Positions 41,200-51,253 of a DNA stretch of 64,000 nucleotides are shown one piece after another (position 1 is the first letter of the stretch; every line of letters begins with the position of its first letter). The position numbers and the translations under genes are program-made. The stretch comes from Candidatus Latescibacterota bacterium. Lineage in GTDB: Bacteria > Latescibacterota > UBA2968 > GCA-2709665. Where the stretch lies: NCBI GenBank assembly GCA_965205485.1, contig OZ242180.1, positions 2,080,001 through 2,144,000 on the forward strand, written 5' to 3'. The notes under the pieces were generated by a model that saw only the letters and a program-made list of their open reading frames with translations, was not told the origin of the DNA and ran no database searches.

Positions 41200-41655
41200 A
41201 TGGCCAGGGGAAAAGGACGGTTTTCGTCCACCAAGACGTTTCACAACCTGCCGTGTTCGCACCGACAGGCGCATCACGACGGGCACTGTCAGTTTATTCA
41301 CGGTTACAACCGGGACATTACGTTCCATTTTACGTGCGACGAGCTGGATGAGAATCACTTTGTGGTGGATTTCGGCAAGCTCAAGGAACTGAAGGCGTGG
41401 CTGGAACACATGTTCGACCACACGATGCTGATCAACGAAAACGACCCCGAGCGAGAGCTGTTCGAGGAGATGCACCGCAGGGGGATCGTAGACTTGCGCG
41501 TGATACCCAACGTCGGGATGGAGGCATCCTCCAAATTCGCGTTCGACTATGCCGATCGGATGATACGCGAGAAGACGGACGGGCGTTGCTGGGTCTACCG
41601 GGTGGAGACGCGGGAGAATATGAACAACTCAGGGGTTTACGAGATTGTGCAATAG
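41200..41655 (+). CDS. queD: 6-carboxytetrahydropterin synthase (PTPS/QueD family)
   Basis: CSHRQ..HDGHC..IHGY, VVDFG.LK, FDH. Confidence 0.8.
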   Translation: MARGKGRFSSTKTFHNLPCSHRQAHHDGHCQFIHGYNRDITFHFTCDELDENHFVVDFGKLKELKAWLEHMFDHTMLINENDPERELFEEMHRRGIVDLRVIPNVGMEASSKFAFDYADRMIREKTDGRCWVYRVETRENMNNSGVYEIVQ

Positions 41656-41711
41656 CCAGAGCCGTGAATACGCTGTAGACTCGCGCGACCGTCTTATGTG
41701 AGCTCGATCCG

Positions 41712-42671
41712 TCAGCCCCGGAACCGCAACCAGAGTCGCACATAGTGCCGCCGCCGCGCAGGGTCGGCATCGTCCTCGAATGCGGTGCGATTGTGAAGTA
41801 TCCAGCGGTTGTTCGTAAAAAGCATCTGTCCGGGTTGCAGACTGAACTCCACCCTGAATTCCGCGCGGCGAAGCAACGCTTCAACAACTTCCAGTGCGCC
41901 TCTCTGTTCGACCGTCAGCGATTTGCCGGCGCGCTCGTGACCCACCTGGATGTAATAGTACAGGTACCGGAGCGTCAATTCACCCCGGCTCCATCGAAAA
42001 ACCGGGAAATAAGACGTGGGTGAGTCCCCGGACCTGAACTGTCCCCGGCGATCGAAATAGAATCGCTGATAGAGGGTTTCGAGGACATCCGGGTGATTTT
42101 CCAGGAGTTCATTGTGGAGGGCGTAACCGCTGATCAGCTGACTCTGTCCACCGGATTTCGCCGTACGCAGGCAGAGCAGTCCCACGATGTCGGGCAGCCG
42201 TGAACCGAAGGCATTGTCATTGTGAAACGTACTCTCCGCATTGGTCACAGAAAACCTGGCTCCCTGTGTCACATTCTTCCCCGTATCACGGACGTCGTAC
42301 AATAGCGTACCCTCTATATTCTGCTCCATAGGGGCGCCAAGGCATTCGCCGGTCATCCAGTACATCGACTGCGCTTCTTCAGGTGCATATCCGTTGACCG
42401 GCACGCGATTGACGATGGCAAATCCACGCCCTGATCTGAGAGCGTCGAGTACCGGTTGAAGGCATTCTCTGCCGTCAGCCAATGACATGCCCTGGCGGGA
42501 AATCTCCGCAATGGGCAGGTCACGACCCCGTACTTCGCGTACGATGCGTTCACAGCCGGAGAGATAATCCCCCGACAGCGGGTAGTTCCAGGCTGCGGAA
42601 TCATCGATACTACCCGCCCGCCAGGCCCGCTCGTCGTTCACTTCCTCGGTCAACATCTGCGGATTGTTCAT
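41712..42671 (-). CDS. TauD/TfdA family Fe(II)/2-oxoglutarate dioxygenase
   Basis: FHND (HxD), GLLCLR.A.SGG.S, NN..ILHNRTAF, RHYVRLW. Confidence 0.88.
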   Translation of the reverse strand: MNNPQMLTEEVNDERAWRAGSIDDSAAWNYPLSGDYLSGCERIVREVRGRDLPIAEISRQGMSLADGRECLQPVLDALRSGRGFAIVNRVPVNGYAPEEAQSMYWMTGECLGAPMEQNIEGTLLYDVRDTGKNVTQGARFSVTNAESTFHNDNAFGSRLPDIVGLLCLRTAKSGGQSQLISGYALHNELLENHPDVLETLYQRFYFDRRGQFRSGDSPTSYFPVFRWSRGELTLRYLYYYIQVGHERAGKSLTVEQRGALEVVEALLRRAEFRVEFSLQPGQMLFTNNRWILHNRTAFEDDADPARRRHYVRLWLRFRG

Positions 42672-42910
42672 TGTCTGGTCTTCTTGCTCCAGGTCGACCA
42701 TGACGCATAAGCCGCCCGGACGCCTCCTTTCTGTCATTTCTCGATCGAAACAAAAACATTAACTGCGGGATCCGGAACACAAGGTAAAGATAGGATTTCG
42801 ACGGTCGCGGGGCAAGCCCTGGAAACGACGGTCGATAATGTACAGGTCCGAGCCGGAGGTGTTCGCGGAACTCCGGCTCGTTTGCAGACGCGACGAAGGA
42901 TGTATATGTC

Positions 42911-43654
42911 ATGACGGGGGATAGGAAAACCGTGCTGATTACCGGCGCCACGGACGGCATCGGCCGCGCGCTTGCGGAAATCTACCACGCGCGCGACGTC
43001 AGGCTGGTACTGGTGGGCAGGCGACCGCTGGATTCGCTCAAAGAAGGACTCTACAGCGAAGAGACGTATTGCGAGGCGGACCTGTCCGGGGAGGATTGCG
43101 CGGATCAGGTGCGATCGTTTTTCAGTTCGCGGGAGATCGTTTCGCTGGACCTCGCGATTCAGAACGCGGCAGTGGGATACTACGGTACCGTGGCCGACCA
43201 GCCCGTCTCCAGCATTCGTGAGATCGTAGCCGTCAATCTTCTGGCGCCGTTGCGACTGACCCATGCGCTGGTACCATATGTGGACAATGCACGAGGCAAA
43301 CACGTACTCATCGGGTCCATCGCCCATGCGTTCCCATGTCCGGAATTCGCCGTATATGCGGCAGCCAAAGATGCGATCGACGTCTTCGGGCGCAATCTGC
43401 GCGTCGAAGGCGACGTGAACGTCCAGGTCATACACCCGGGGGCAACGCAAACGGGCATTCATCGTAAGTCCGGATGGCAGGACGATCGTTCCAGAGCCTT
43501 CCCGCCGGCGGAACGCGTCGCCCGGCGGATTGCGCGGGCGATCGACGGACGTCGACCCGTGGTGACAATCGGCATGAGAAACAGATGGCTGCGGCTCTGC
43601 GGGCGCTATTGCGACGGCGCGATCGAAGCCCTGATGCGATGGCGGGCGAAATGA
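42911..43654 (+). CDS. SDR family oxidoreductase
   Basis: TGATDGIG, QNAAVG, YAAAK. Confidence 0.9.
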   Translation: MTGDRKTVLITGATDGIGRALAEIYHARDVRLVLVGRRPLDSLKEGLYSEETYCEADLSGEDCADQVRSFFSSREIVSLDLAIQNAAVGYYGTVADQPVSSIREIVAVNLLAPLRLTHALVPYVDNARGKHVLIGSIAHAFPCPEFAVYAAAKDAIDVFGRNLRVEGDVNVQVIHPGATQTGIHRKSGWQDDRSRAFPPAERVARRIARAIDGRRPVVTIGMRNRWLRLCGRYCDGAIEALMRWRAK

Positions 43655-44397
43655 AACACGCGGTAATAACGGGCGCGGCCAATGGAATCGGCGAGGCGCT
43701 CGCGCGCAGGCTTGTTCGCGCCGGATATTCCGTAACCGGCGTTGACGTGGATGCAAACCGGGCCGCGGTTCTCGAGCCGGAACTGGGCGCGCGGTTTGTC
43801 ATTGCCGATCTGAGTACCGATTCGGGCGTCGTACGCGTTCACGATCGACTGGCCTCGATGGATACGATCGACGTACTCATTCACAATGCGGGGATCAACG
43901 CCGTGGGACGGTTTCCCCACGTGGGTATGACGGATCAGGAGAAGGTGGTTGCGATAAACTTCCTGGCGCCCATGGTGTTGACGGCGGGGCTGCTGGGGGC
44001 CAACCGCATTGCGCCCGGCGGATCCCTGGTCTTCGTCTCCTCACTCTCGCATTACGTGAGCTATCCAGGGGCAGCGGCGTACGCGGCAACCAAGAGCGGG
44101 CTGGCGTCCTACGCGCGAAGTCTCTCCGTCGCGCTCGCCCCGCGCGAGATTCACGTTATGACGGTCTTTCCGGGTCCCACTCGCACGGCTCATGCCCACC
44201 GGTACAGCCCGGACAACTCGCGAGAGGAAAAACGCATGCCGCCGGAAGACCTGGCCGAGGCCATCTTTCGTGGAATTGGTGAGCGAAAACGTCTGCTCGT
44301 TCCAGGTTTCGGAAACCGAACGGCGGCCTTCCTTGGCGCCTGGTGTCCACGCGTTGTGGAACGGGTGATGCGGCGGGCGATGCTCGGAAGAAACTGA
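43651..44397 (+). CDS. SDR family oxidoreductase
   Basis: TGAANGIG, HNAGI, YAATK; ATGA overlap with the upstream SDR. Confidence 0.9.
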   Translation: MKHAVITGAANGIGEALARRLVRAGYSVTGVDVDANRAAVLEPELGARFVIADLSTDSGVVRVHDRLASMDTIDVLIHNAGINAVGRFPHVGMTDQEKVVAINFLAPMVLTAGLLGANRIAPGGSLVFVSSLSHYVSYPGAAAYAATKSGLASYARSLSVALAPREIHVMTVFPGPTRTAHAHRYSPDNSREEKRMPPEDLAEAIFRGIGERKRLLVPGFGNRTAAFLGAWCPRVVERVMRRAMLGRN

Positions 44398-44421
44398 GGA
44401 TGGGATTGAAGCAGGCAAAGT

Positions 44422-44459
44422 TGCAAGCCCCGGATCGAATTCTGGATCCGGGGCTTGCA
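44422..44459. terminator. Hairpin between convergent genes
   Basis: TGCAAGCCCCGGATC/GATCCGGGGCTTGCA. Confidence 0.6.
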
Positions 44460-44535
44460 GTTGTGCGCAATGAACCATCCCTGGGGAAGACCGCAGGCTA
44501 TCCGCTGGCGCATCGCCGTCGACTCGGGGGGGAAA

Positions 44536-46812
44536 CTAGAAGAAATACATCTTGTAGTTCAGTTTAAGGCTGCGTCCGGTTTCGGGCATTACGGACCGGA
44601 TGCGCGACAGGTGGTTTCGGTATTCCGTGTCGAAGAGATTCTCAAGGGAAAGGATAAAGCTGTGGCGGGCCTGATTTGTGAGGAAATCCCGCTGTAAGTA
44701 AACGCCGAAGACGGAATAACCTGCGGTGGGGTCCTCGTAGGTATCCACGCGTTCCTGACCCGCGGCCCACTCCATGGTCCCTCCCCCGGTAAGCCAGTGG
44801 TGCCTGTAGGTTGCGCTGCCCACAAACTTAAGCGGCGGCATTTCGGGCAGGGGCATGCGGTCGTTCCGGTTTTCGCCGCGCACGTGGCTCAGGTTTATCT
44901 CCAGTTCCAGGCGCGCGTTCGGACGCCATTTCAGGTGGGTCTCCACGCCCGTCATTCTCGCGTCTATACCTTCCGCGGCGTAGATGGGAAGTAGCTGGGC
45001 AAAGTTGATTTCTCCCGTATTTCGCGGCGCGATGTAATTGTCGAATTCGTTCCAGAATCCCGTGAAGACCAGGTCGAATCCCGGCTGCAGATAGTGGAAG
45101 AATGCCTCCGCGCCGAAACTGCGTTCGGCATTGAGTTCCACATTGCCCTTCTCAAAGGTGTAAGCGGCCAGGTGCGGTCCCTCGTTGTAGAGTTCCTCGA
45201 TGGTGGGCGCGCGCTGGGAGCGGCTGAGGTTGAATCCAGCGGTCAACTGGTCGGTAATCGGCACGAGCGGGCTGAATGCCGCGGACCATGTATGGAAGAC
45301 GCGGTCTACGTCCAGGCTCTTGTTGGTGATTGTCTGGAGGCGCGGGTCGAAGGTGGCATAGGCGTACCGGGCCGCGGCCTGTAATTCGATATTGCGCCAG
45401 GTAGTTTCGTGATACAGCCCGAAGTTGACGTCCTGCTTTCGTGTGGGCGGGGTGAAGACAAACGCGCCCAGCTTGAGATTGCGATGGTCGAAGCCGGCGG
45501 TGAGAACAATGTTTTGTTCCTGGTTTCCCGTGTTCAGGTAGAGCTTGAGATCGCCGCTGTAGTCGTGAAAGAGGAATTCGGAACCGATGCTGCCGCTTGA
45601 TTCGTACTCGACGTGGTAGTAATAGGCCTTCGTAAAGCCCGCCTCGATTCGGTCGGCCGTTCCGCCGTCAAACCGATGGACAGCCTTCCCGTCGAAGACC
45701 CGGCGCATGATATCGAGGTCCGCGCCATTGGGATGCGCGCCGATGAAGCCGCCCGGAATGCCGTACTGAGTCTCGAACTGATCGAATGAAGCGCCGACGT
45801 ACCCCCGGTCGCCCGCGTAAGACAGGCCGAGGGCATATGTGCGGGTGTTGATGGGCGTGTTGGCAAGCCGGCCGACCGGGGTCTGGATGTCCCTGGTATC
45901 CCGGTAGGTGGACTCGGCATGCATCGCGAGCGGCCCCAGGGGCGCCGTGAGGGCGGCGGACGAGAAGTAACCCCGGTTCGCAGTCTCTCCGTAGGCGCCC
46001 ACGCTCCCGAAGAAGCGCTCCGGTCGGGTTTCGGGGATCCTGTGCTTGACGATGTTGATTACCCCGCCGCCGGCCGTGGACGTGTGCAGCAACGTGCGGG
46101 GCCCGCGGATGATTTCCAGGCGTTCCGCGTTGAAAGTCTCGACAGTTACCGCATGATCGGCCGAAGTTGCGGAAAGGTCCTGAGACTGAATGCCGTCGAC
46201 GTTGATCTGTACGCGGTCGCCGCTGAGCCCGCGGATGACGGGGCGGGCCGGCGCCGGACCCATGCTCTGGATGGCAACGCCGAGTTCATTCTTCATGGTC
46301 TCGGCCAACGTGATGCTGTATTTCTTCCTGAGTTCGTCGCCCGAAAGCACCCGGGTGGCCTCATGCAGTTCCTCAAATCGGGTTTCAGCGCGTTCGGCCA
46401 CAACGTCAATGGGGTCCAGCAGGTGATCCAGCCGCGTCAGTTCCAGATAAACAACAGGATGCTTGGCACCCGAGATGTTCAGTTGGTGGTTCGTTTCCTG
46501 ATAGCCGACGTGCGTAAGCGAAAGCCGATAGTCACCCGGTGACAGATGGAGTACGAACCGGCCTTTTTCGTCGGTAGACGCGCCCGGGGAGTGATCTGCG
46601 GATTGGACGTTCACGTTCCAGATGGGCAACCCTGTCTCGCTGTCGAAGACGTACCCTTCGATCAACACGGCCTGCGTTGCCGAGCTGATACCCGCCGGAA
46701 AGCCCAGAAACAGCAACGTGAGCGCCGACAGGATGAAGGATATCCGGATGGCGAAACGGTGGCTGGAGCCGTCACCGGGGTGCAGATACGTTAACCTGAA
46801 CAAGTGAGCCAT
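44536..46812 (-). CDS. TonB-dependent receptor, resembling ZnuD-type metal transporters
   Basis: N-terminal carboxypeptidase-regulatory-like domain; plug MGPAPARPVIRGL, SADHAV; GPHLA; NLFD..YRNHLS; C-terminal F. Confidence 0.9.
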   Translation of the reverse strand: MAHLFRLTYLHPGDGSSHRFAIRISFILSALTLLFLGFPAGISSATQAVLIEGYVFDSETGLPIWNVNVQSADHSPGASTDEKGRFVLHLSPGDYRLSLTHVGYQETNHQLNISGAKHPVVYLELTRLDHLLDPIDVVAERAETRFEELHEATRVLSGDELRKKYSITLAETMKNELGVAIQSMGPAPARPVIRGLSGDRVQINVDGIQSQDLSATSADHAVTVETFNAERLEIIRGPRTLLHTSTAGGGVINIVKHRIPETRPERFFGSVGAYGETANRGYFSSAALTAPLGPLAMHAESTYRDTRDIQTPVGRLANTPINTRTYALGLSYAGDRGYVGASFDQFETQYGIPGGFIGAHPNGADLDIMRRVFDGKAVHRFDGGTADRIEAGFTKAYYYHVEYESSGSIGSEFLFHDYSGDLKLYLNTGNQEQNIVLTAGFDHRNLKLGAFVFTPPTRKQDVNFGLYHETTWRNIELQAAARYAYATFDPRLQTITNKSLDVDRVFHTWSAAFSPLVPITDQLTAGFNLSRSQRAPTIEELYNEGPHLAAYTFEKGNVELNAERSFGAEAFFHYLQPGFDLVFTGFWNEFDNYIAPRNTGEINFAQLLPIYAAEGIDARMTGVETHLKWRPNARLELEINLSHVRGENRNDRMPLPEMPPLKFVGSATYRHHWLTGGGTMEWAAGQERVDTYEDPTAGYSVFGVYLQRDFLTNQARHSFILSLENLFDTEYRNHLSRIRSVMPETGRSLKLNYKMYFF

Positions 46813-46877
46813 CTGGAATGTGCTCCGACGTTGCAGATGGCGGGAGGGCGAGAACAACCCTCCCGCCGCGTTTCCTG

Positions 46878-48131
46878 CTACGGTGCGGTGATTGCCACCG
46901 AAATGGGCGCGAATTCGTCTTCCGCCTCGCCGTCGTGGAGAATGGAAAGCGTTATGGTGGTGGTGCCGGCCTTCTTGCCGATGAGTCTGAAGGCCCAGTA
47001 TTCGGGCGCTACCGGCGGATCGATGGCGAGCAACGAGGTGTCGGCCACCGCAATCCCAAGCGTCTCGTCGGGCGCTTCCGGCTGGAATTCCACATCGTGT
47101 TCGTCAAAGAAGAACGCCGCGATGTGGTCGGTTGTATCACCGACGGCGACAGTCAGGGCCTCGGTGGCTTCACCTTCTCCCTTCAGGGGCGCCTGCGTGA
47201 GCAGCTCACCGCTATCTTCCTCTTTGAGCCGAACGCCCACGGGTTCCTCGTGCTGGCCCTCCTGTGACTCCACGTGTACGGGAATAGGCTGTGTGCGGTA
47301 GTCAACGTGCCCTTCGTGTTTGACTTCGAATACAATGGTGGTTTCGCCCTCCTGCAAACCGCGCAGGTGGAAGTCGAAAGAACCCTCGTCTCCCTCGTCC
47401 TGGTGGACTTCGAGTATGTCGGGATCGGCAATGGTCCAGCCGAACGTGAATTCGGGATCGTCCGGCGGGTCTAATTCCTCTCCGTGTTCGTCCAGAAACA
47501 TGATGCGCCAGTGAGGCGTCAGGCCGATCGGGGCCGAGAGTTCCGATACCCGACCTTCGCCGGAGTCGATCTCGCCCTGGAAATACCGGAAGAATCGAAC
47601 GCCGGATTCGATGATGACCAGCCCTTCCGCCTCGAACTCTCCGACCACATGCACCGGGAGCGGCAGCGTGGTGAAGTCCACGTGCCCTTCGTGCGAAATC
47701 TGAAGCCTGATGGTGGTTTCACCATCTTCGAGGCCGCGCAGGGCGAAGACGAATTTACCCGCTTCCCCCGCGTCCTGGACGACTTCCACAATATCTTTAT
47801 CCGCGATTTCCCAAGTGAAACTGAAGCCCTCGCCGGTGGGGGGCGCCATTTCGTTTCCGTCTTTGTCCAGGAAGCGGATGCTCCACTTGCTGGTGACTTC
47901 GCCGTGATGGACTTCCAGGGCTTCCGCCCGGCCGTCGCCCGAGTCGATCCTGCCCTGGAAATAGCGGAAGAACCGCTGGCCTCCGTCGAGGAGGACGAGG
48001 CCTTCGGCTTCGTAATGCTCTTCCTGTGGCGTAACGGGGTCATCTTTTCCACAACCGGACAGGAATACGGCGACAACCGCCGCCGATGCAATCCAGTGAA
48101 GGGATGTTTTCATCTTCAGCATGCTGAACAT
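46878..48131 (-). CDS. Lipoprotein with three ~125-aa beta-rich repeats carrying His motifs
   Basis: Lipobox FLSGC; repeats EAEGLV..RFFRYFQG..HEGHVD(F/Y)..PVHV. Confidence 0.8.
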   Translation of the reverse strand: MFSMLKMKTSLHWIASAAVVAVFLSGCGKDDPVTPQEEHYEAEGLVLLDGGQRFFRYFQGRIDSGDGRAEALEVHHGEVTSKWSIRFLDKDGNEMAPPTGEGFSFTWEIADKDIVEVVQDAGEAGKFVFALRGLEDGETTIRLQISHEGHVDFTTLPLPVHVVGEFEAEGLVIIESGVRFFRYFQGEIDSGEGRVSELSAPIGLTPHWRIMFLDEHGEELDPPDDPEFTFGWTIADPDILEVHQDEGDEGSFDFHLRGLQEGETTIVFEVKHEGHVDYRTQPIPVHVESQEGQHEEPVGVRLKEEDSGELLTQAPLKGEGEATEALTVAVGDTTDHIAAFFFDEHDVEFQPEAPDETLGIAVADTSLLAIDPPVAPEYWAFRLIGKKAGTTTITLSILHDGEAEDEFAPISVAITAP

Positions 48132-48445
48132 TAATGTTCTCCTGTGTACCAGAATGTAACTTCGCCCGATAATCGCATGAACATCCGCCTGTGTGGCGGA
48201 CGAACTGCAGTTGTGCCGGCAAGTTACCGACACGCAAATTCACCGGGCCGGTTATCCGCCTTTGCGGATGCAGCCTGACCCGGAGAGGGGCGGGAATGCG
48301 CGATACGCAGTTCCAAGAGCCTACCCGCATACAGGACCGAGCCACATTTATGCAAGCGCGGATTCTAGCCGGGGCGGACCTGGAACGATCTAGTTGAAAA
48401 ATCCGGAAGTACTGAGGATGTGTCATGAAGACACGTGAGGATGGA

Positions 48446-48721
48446 TCAGAACACAGGAGGGGCGCGTCTTTCAGGCAGAAGGAGGGAAGAGCGCGGGGAA
48501 CGGAACGAGGAGAAACCCCGCCTGAAATGCAGAAAACAAAGTTGCAACACCAGCACTGCCGGCAGACCGATGCTCAGGTTGTTGAACCAGGCGCAGACAG
48601 TACATTGTTGATCGTGATCGTGTCCGGGGAATGCGGCAAGCAGGAAAACCGCGAGGTAGGCCGTGAATATTGCCAGAGCGAAAGTGGCAAAAGGATGAAT
48701 CCGTCTGCAGGAAAAAAACAT
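48446..48721 (-). CDS. DUF2946/CruR-like regulatory uORF (TM-HxH-CxxC-RAPP)
   Basis: Hydrophobic helix, GHDHDQQCTVC, C-terminal RRAPPVF; lies upstream of the lipoprotein and TBDR. Confidence 0.8.
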   Translation of the reverse strand: MFFSCRRIHPFATFALAIFTAYLAVFLLAAFPGHDHDQQCTVCAWFNNLSIGLPAVLVLQLCFLHFRRGFSSFRSPRSSLLLPERRAPPVF

Positions 48722-48847
48722 CCCTACCGTCTCCGGAAGAGTACAGAACTTACCGGGATCCGTACGGAAATATACCGGAAACCATCGGTTTCGTCAAGTG
48801 AACGGAAGGCCGGAAGCAGCCGATGCGAGTCAGGTCTGTGCCGATCG

Positions 48848-51253
48848 TTATTTAACCAGGAGCATGCGATTGGTGAGCGCGCTGCCCGGATGCGCCAGCC
48901 GATAGAAATAAACACCGCTTGAAACGGTACGCCCGAACCCGTCCCGTCCGTCCCACATGACCTCGTACCGGCCCGGACCCTGGTGATCCCGTACCAGAAC
49001 CCGTACCTGTTGACCCAGCACATTGTAGATCGTGAGGTCGACCTGCCCCGGTTCAGGGATCCGGTAAACGATCCGGGTTGAGGGGTTGAACGGGTTGGGT
49101 GTATTCGGATAAAGCGCCAGCGTCTCCGGAGCCAGCGAACTTTCGTCCTCCACGCGGGCGACGCCGCCTACGGGCAGGAGAAGTGTGATTTCCCGCCCGC
49201 CGTTGATCGGCACACTCTCCCATTTGGAAGTCGTATTGCCCGCGATATCCACGGCGCGAACCGCGTAGTAGCCCGAAACGCTTCCGGGGCTGTCAGGTCG
49301 GATTTCTATCGTGGCGCGGCCTTCGGCGTCGGTTGTGCCCCTCCACCTGTACTTCCTCTCCCGGCCGGAAACGGAACGTGAGAATTCGACCCTTGCGTGC
49401 GGTATCGGCCCGCCGTCCCGCGTCAGGAACACGTGTACGACAGAGCGATTCGCGAGGTTCGATTCGTCCGCATGTATCGGTTGCCCGGTGGTTATCCGGC
49501 CCTGTCCACCTACCGGATAGGCCGCCGCCGTGATGCGGCCGTCGAGGCCTTCCCTGATGAAGTTGACAAGCGCCTGCTGGTAGGTTACACCCAGACGTGT
49601 AAAGCGGGCGCCCCGATAGGGGTACTGGTCACCGCCCCTGGCGAGGAAGTCAACTGTTGCCACGTGAATGTCCGGCGCCCCGGATATGACGTTTCCGTTT
49701 CTGACGATACCGGCGCCGGTGTCGAGGGTTATTTCCACAATGCGGCCGCCGCGCCGCGTGACGTTTCCGCGCTCATCCAGTTCCTGAGCGACGCCATCGG
49801 GATTCCAGACCATCGTGAAGCCGGAAATCTGGGCGAACCGGCCCGAGGTGCGTTCTACCTGCGAGACCGCGTTCTCCAAGACTTCCCTGAATTGTGCCGC
49901 AGGAACGGCGGGCACGACGGTTACGAAGTTGGGGAATGGCAGCATATCGAAGGTCGTGAGTTCGGATACCGTGCCCGCGGGAATCTCATTGGCGTTGCGA
50001 ATTCCCCCGCCGTTCGCGATGCCCACGTGTGGAACGGGGACGCCGAACGACGAGGCAAGCTGTGCGCTCTGCCATCGGAGGGCGTCGGCCACCAGGTTGC
50101 CTTCGTTGGTCTCTCCGGTTCGAATTCTGCTTCTCACGCCGTCGAGCACAACTTCCGACGTTCCCACTTGATTTAAAGCCATTGAGGCAAGGGCATCGCT
50201 GACCGGGGCCACGATCCGATTCCGGACCTCTGTGTCGGGAGCCACGGCATCCGGCAGGCCGCCGCCGGCCACCCGCACCGGGCCGCTGGCGTTTCGGTCG
50301 ACTGACGTAATGACGCCGGCAGCGTCGAAGCTCGCAACGAACCGGCCGACGTATCGATAATTCCCTGCGGTGGTGACAACGTGTACGTCGTTTCCGTCAG
50401 CGCCCTGTTCGAGTATGGGGTACGGTCCGGAAATCTCTGCTTCGTCGCCGGGAATCAGGCGCGTGCCGGGATTTGCCAGGAGGTCGTCGCCGCCGCCCGC
50501 AATCACCACGTCCACGCCCCGCAATTCCCGGACGAGCTCCAGGTCGTTGTCAATGGACTGGAGGTGGCTGATCAGGACGATGATTCGCACGCCGCGTAGC
50601 GCCAGCCCGTTCACCTCGGCCTGGATGGCTTCCCGCAGCCGGCGGCCCACTCTCACGTTTCGCGGGCTGGAGATGAACGCCAGGTCCGGTGTGGTCGCGC
50701 CCACAATGCCGATATGTTCGCCGTCGACTCTGACGACCGTGCTCCCGGCAATCCGACCGGAAGTGACGAGAGCTGCCAGTTCCGGTTCGTCCCCGAAGTC
50801 CAGGTTGGCGCTGAGATATGGCGGGCCGGTGAGGCTGTAGCTGGAAATGAACCTGGCCAGGATGTCCGGTCCGAAGTCGAAGTCGTGGTTGCCGATGCAT
50901 ACGGCGTCGTACCCGATCAGGTCCATCGCCAGGGCGTCGTAGAAGGGGGCGGATTCGGGGAGCCCGAGGCTGACGTTGAATTCGGGGCCGGCGAGGAAGT
51001 TGTCGCCCGACGAAACCATGAGTACGCCGCCGTCCATACGCGCTTCCGCTTTGAGCCGATCTGCCAGGGCCTTGAATCGACCCACGCCGCCGAAGTCTTC
51101 CAGGCCCTCTCCGGCATTTATCAGCTGGGACTCGCCGTCGTTATTGTGCAGAATGGTGAGTTTGAACTCGCCGGCGGGCGCGGCGCCGGATACCGTAAAC
51201 AGACAGATCAACAGGAAGACAGTCGGACCCCATAGCTGGATTCGATGAAACAC
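48848..51253 (-). CDS. Secreted 5'-nucleotidase/metallophosphoesterase with FlgD-Ig/T9SS-like C-terminal domain
   Basis: ILHNND, SGDNF, GNHDFD, NGGGIR, GGDQY; PNPFNPST...WDGRD..G..VSSGVYFYRL. Confidence 0.9.
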   Translation of the reverse strand: MFHRIQLWGPTVFLLICLFTVSGAAPAGEFKLTILHNNDGESQLINAGEGLEDFGGVGRFKALADRLKAEARMDGGVLMVSSGDNFLAGPEFNVSLGLPESAPFYDALAMDLIGYDAVCIGNHDFDFGPDILARFISSYSLTGPPYLSANLDFGDEPELAALVTSGRIAGSTVVRVDGEHIGIVGATTPDLAFISSPRNVRVGRRLREAIQAEVNGLALRGVRIIVLISHLQSIDNDLELVRELRGVDVVIAGGGDDLLANPGTRLIPGDEAEISGPYPILEQGADGNDVHVVTTAGNYRYVGRFVASFDAAGVITSVDRNASGPVRVAGGGLPDAVAPDTEVRNRIVAPVSDALASMALNQVGTSEVVLDGVRSRIRTGETNEGNLVADALRWQSAQLASSFGVPVPHVGIANGGGIRNANEIPAGTVSELTTFDMLPFPNFVTVVPAVPAAQFREVLENAVSQVERTSGRFAQISGFTMVWNPDGVAQELDERGNVTRRGGRIVEITLDTGAGIVRNGNVISGAPDIHVATVDFLARGGDQYPYRGARFTRLGVTYQQALVNFIREGLDGRITAAAYPVGGQGRITTGQPIHADESNLANRSVVHVFLTRDGGPIPHARVEFSRSVSGRERKYRWRGTTDAEGRATIEIRPDSPGSVSGYYAVRAVDIAGNTTSKWESVPINGGREITLLLPVGGVARVEDESSLAPETLALYPNTPNPFNPSTRIVYRIPEPGQVDLTIYNVLGQQVRVLVRDHQGPGRYEVMWDGRDGFGRTVSSGVYFYRLAHPGSALTNRMLLVK

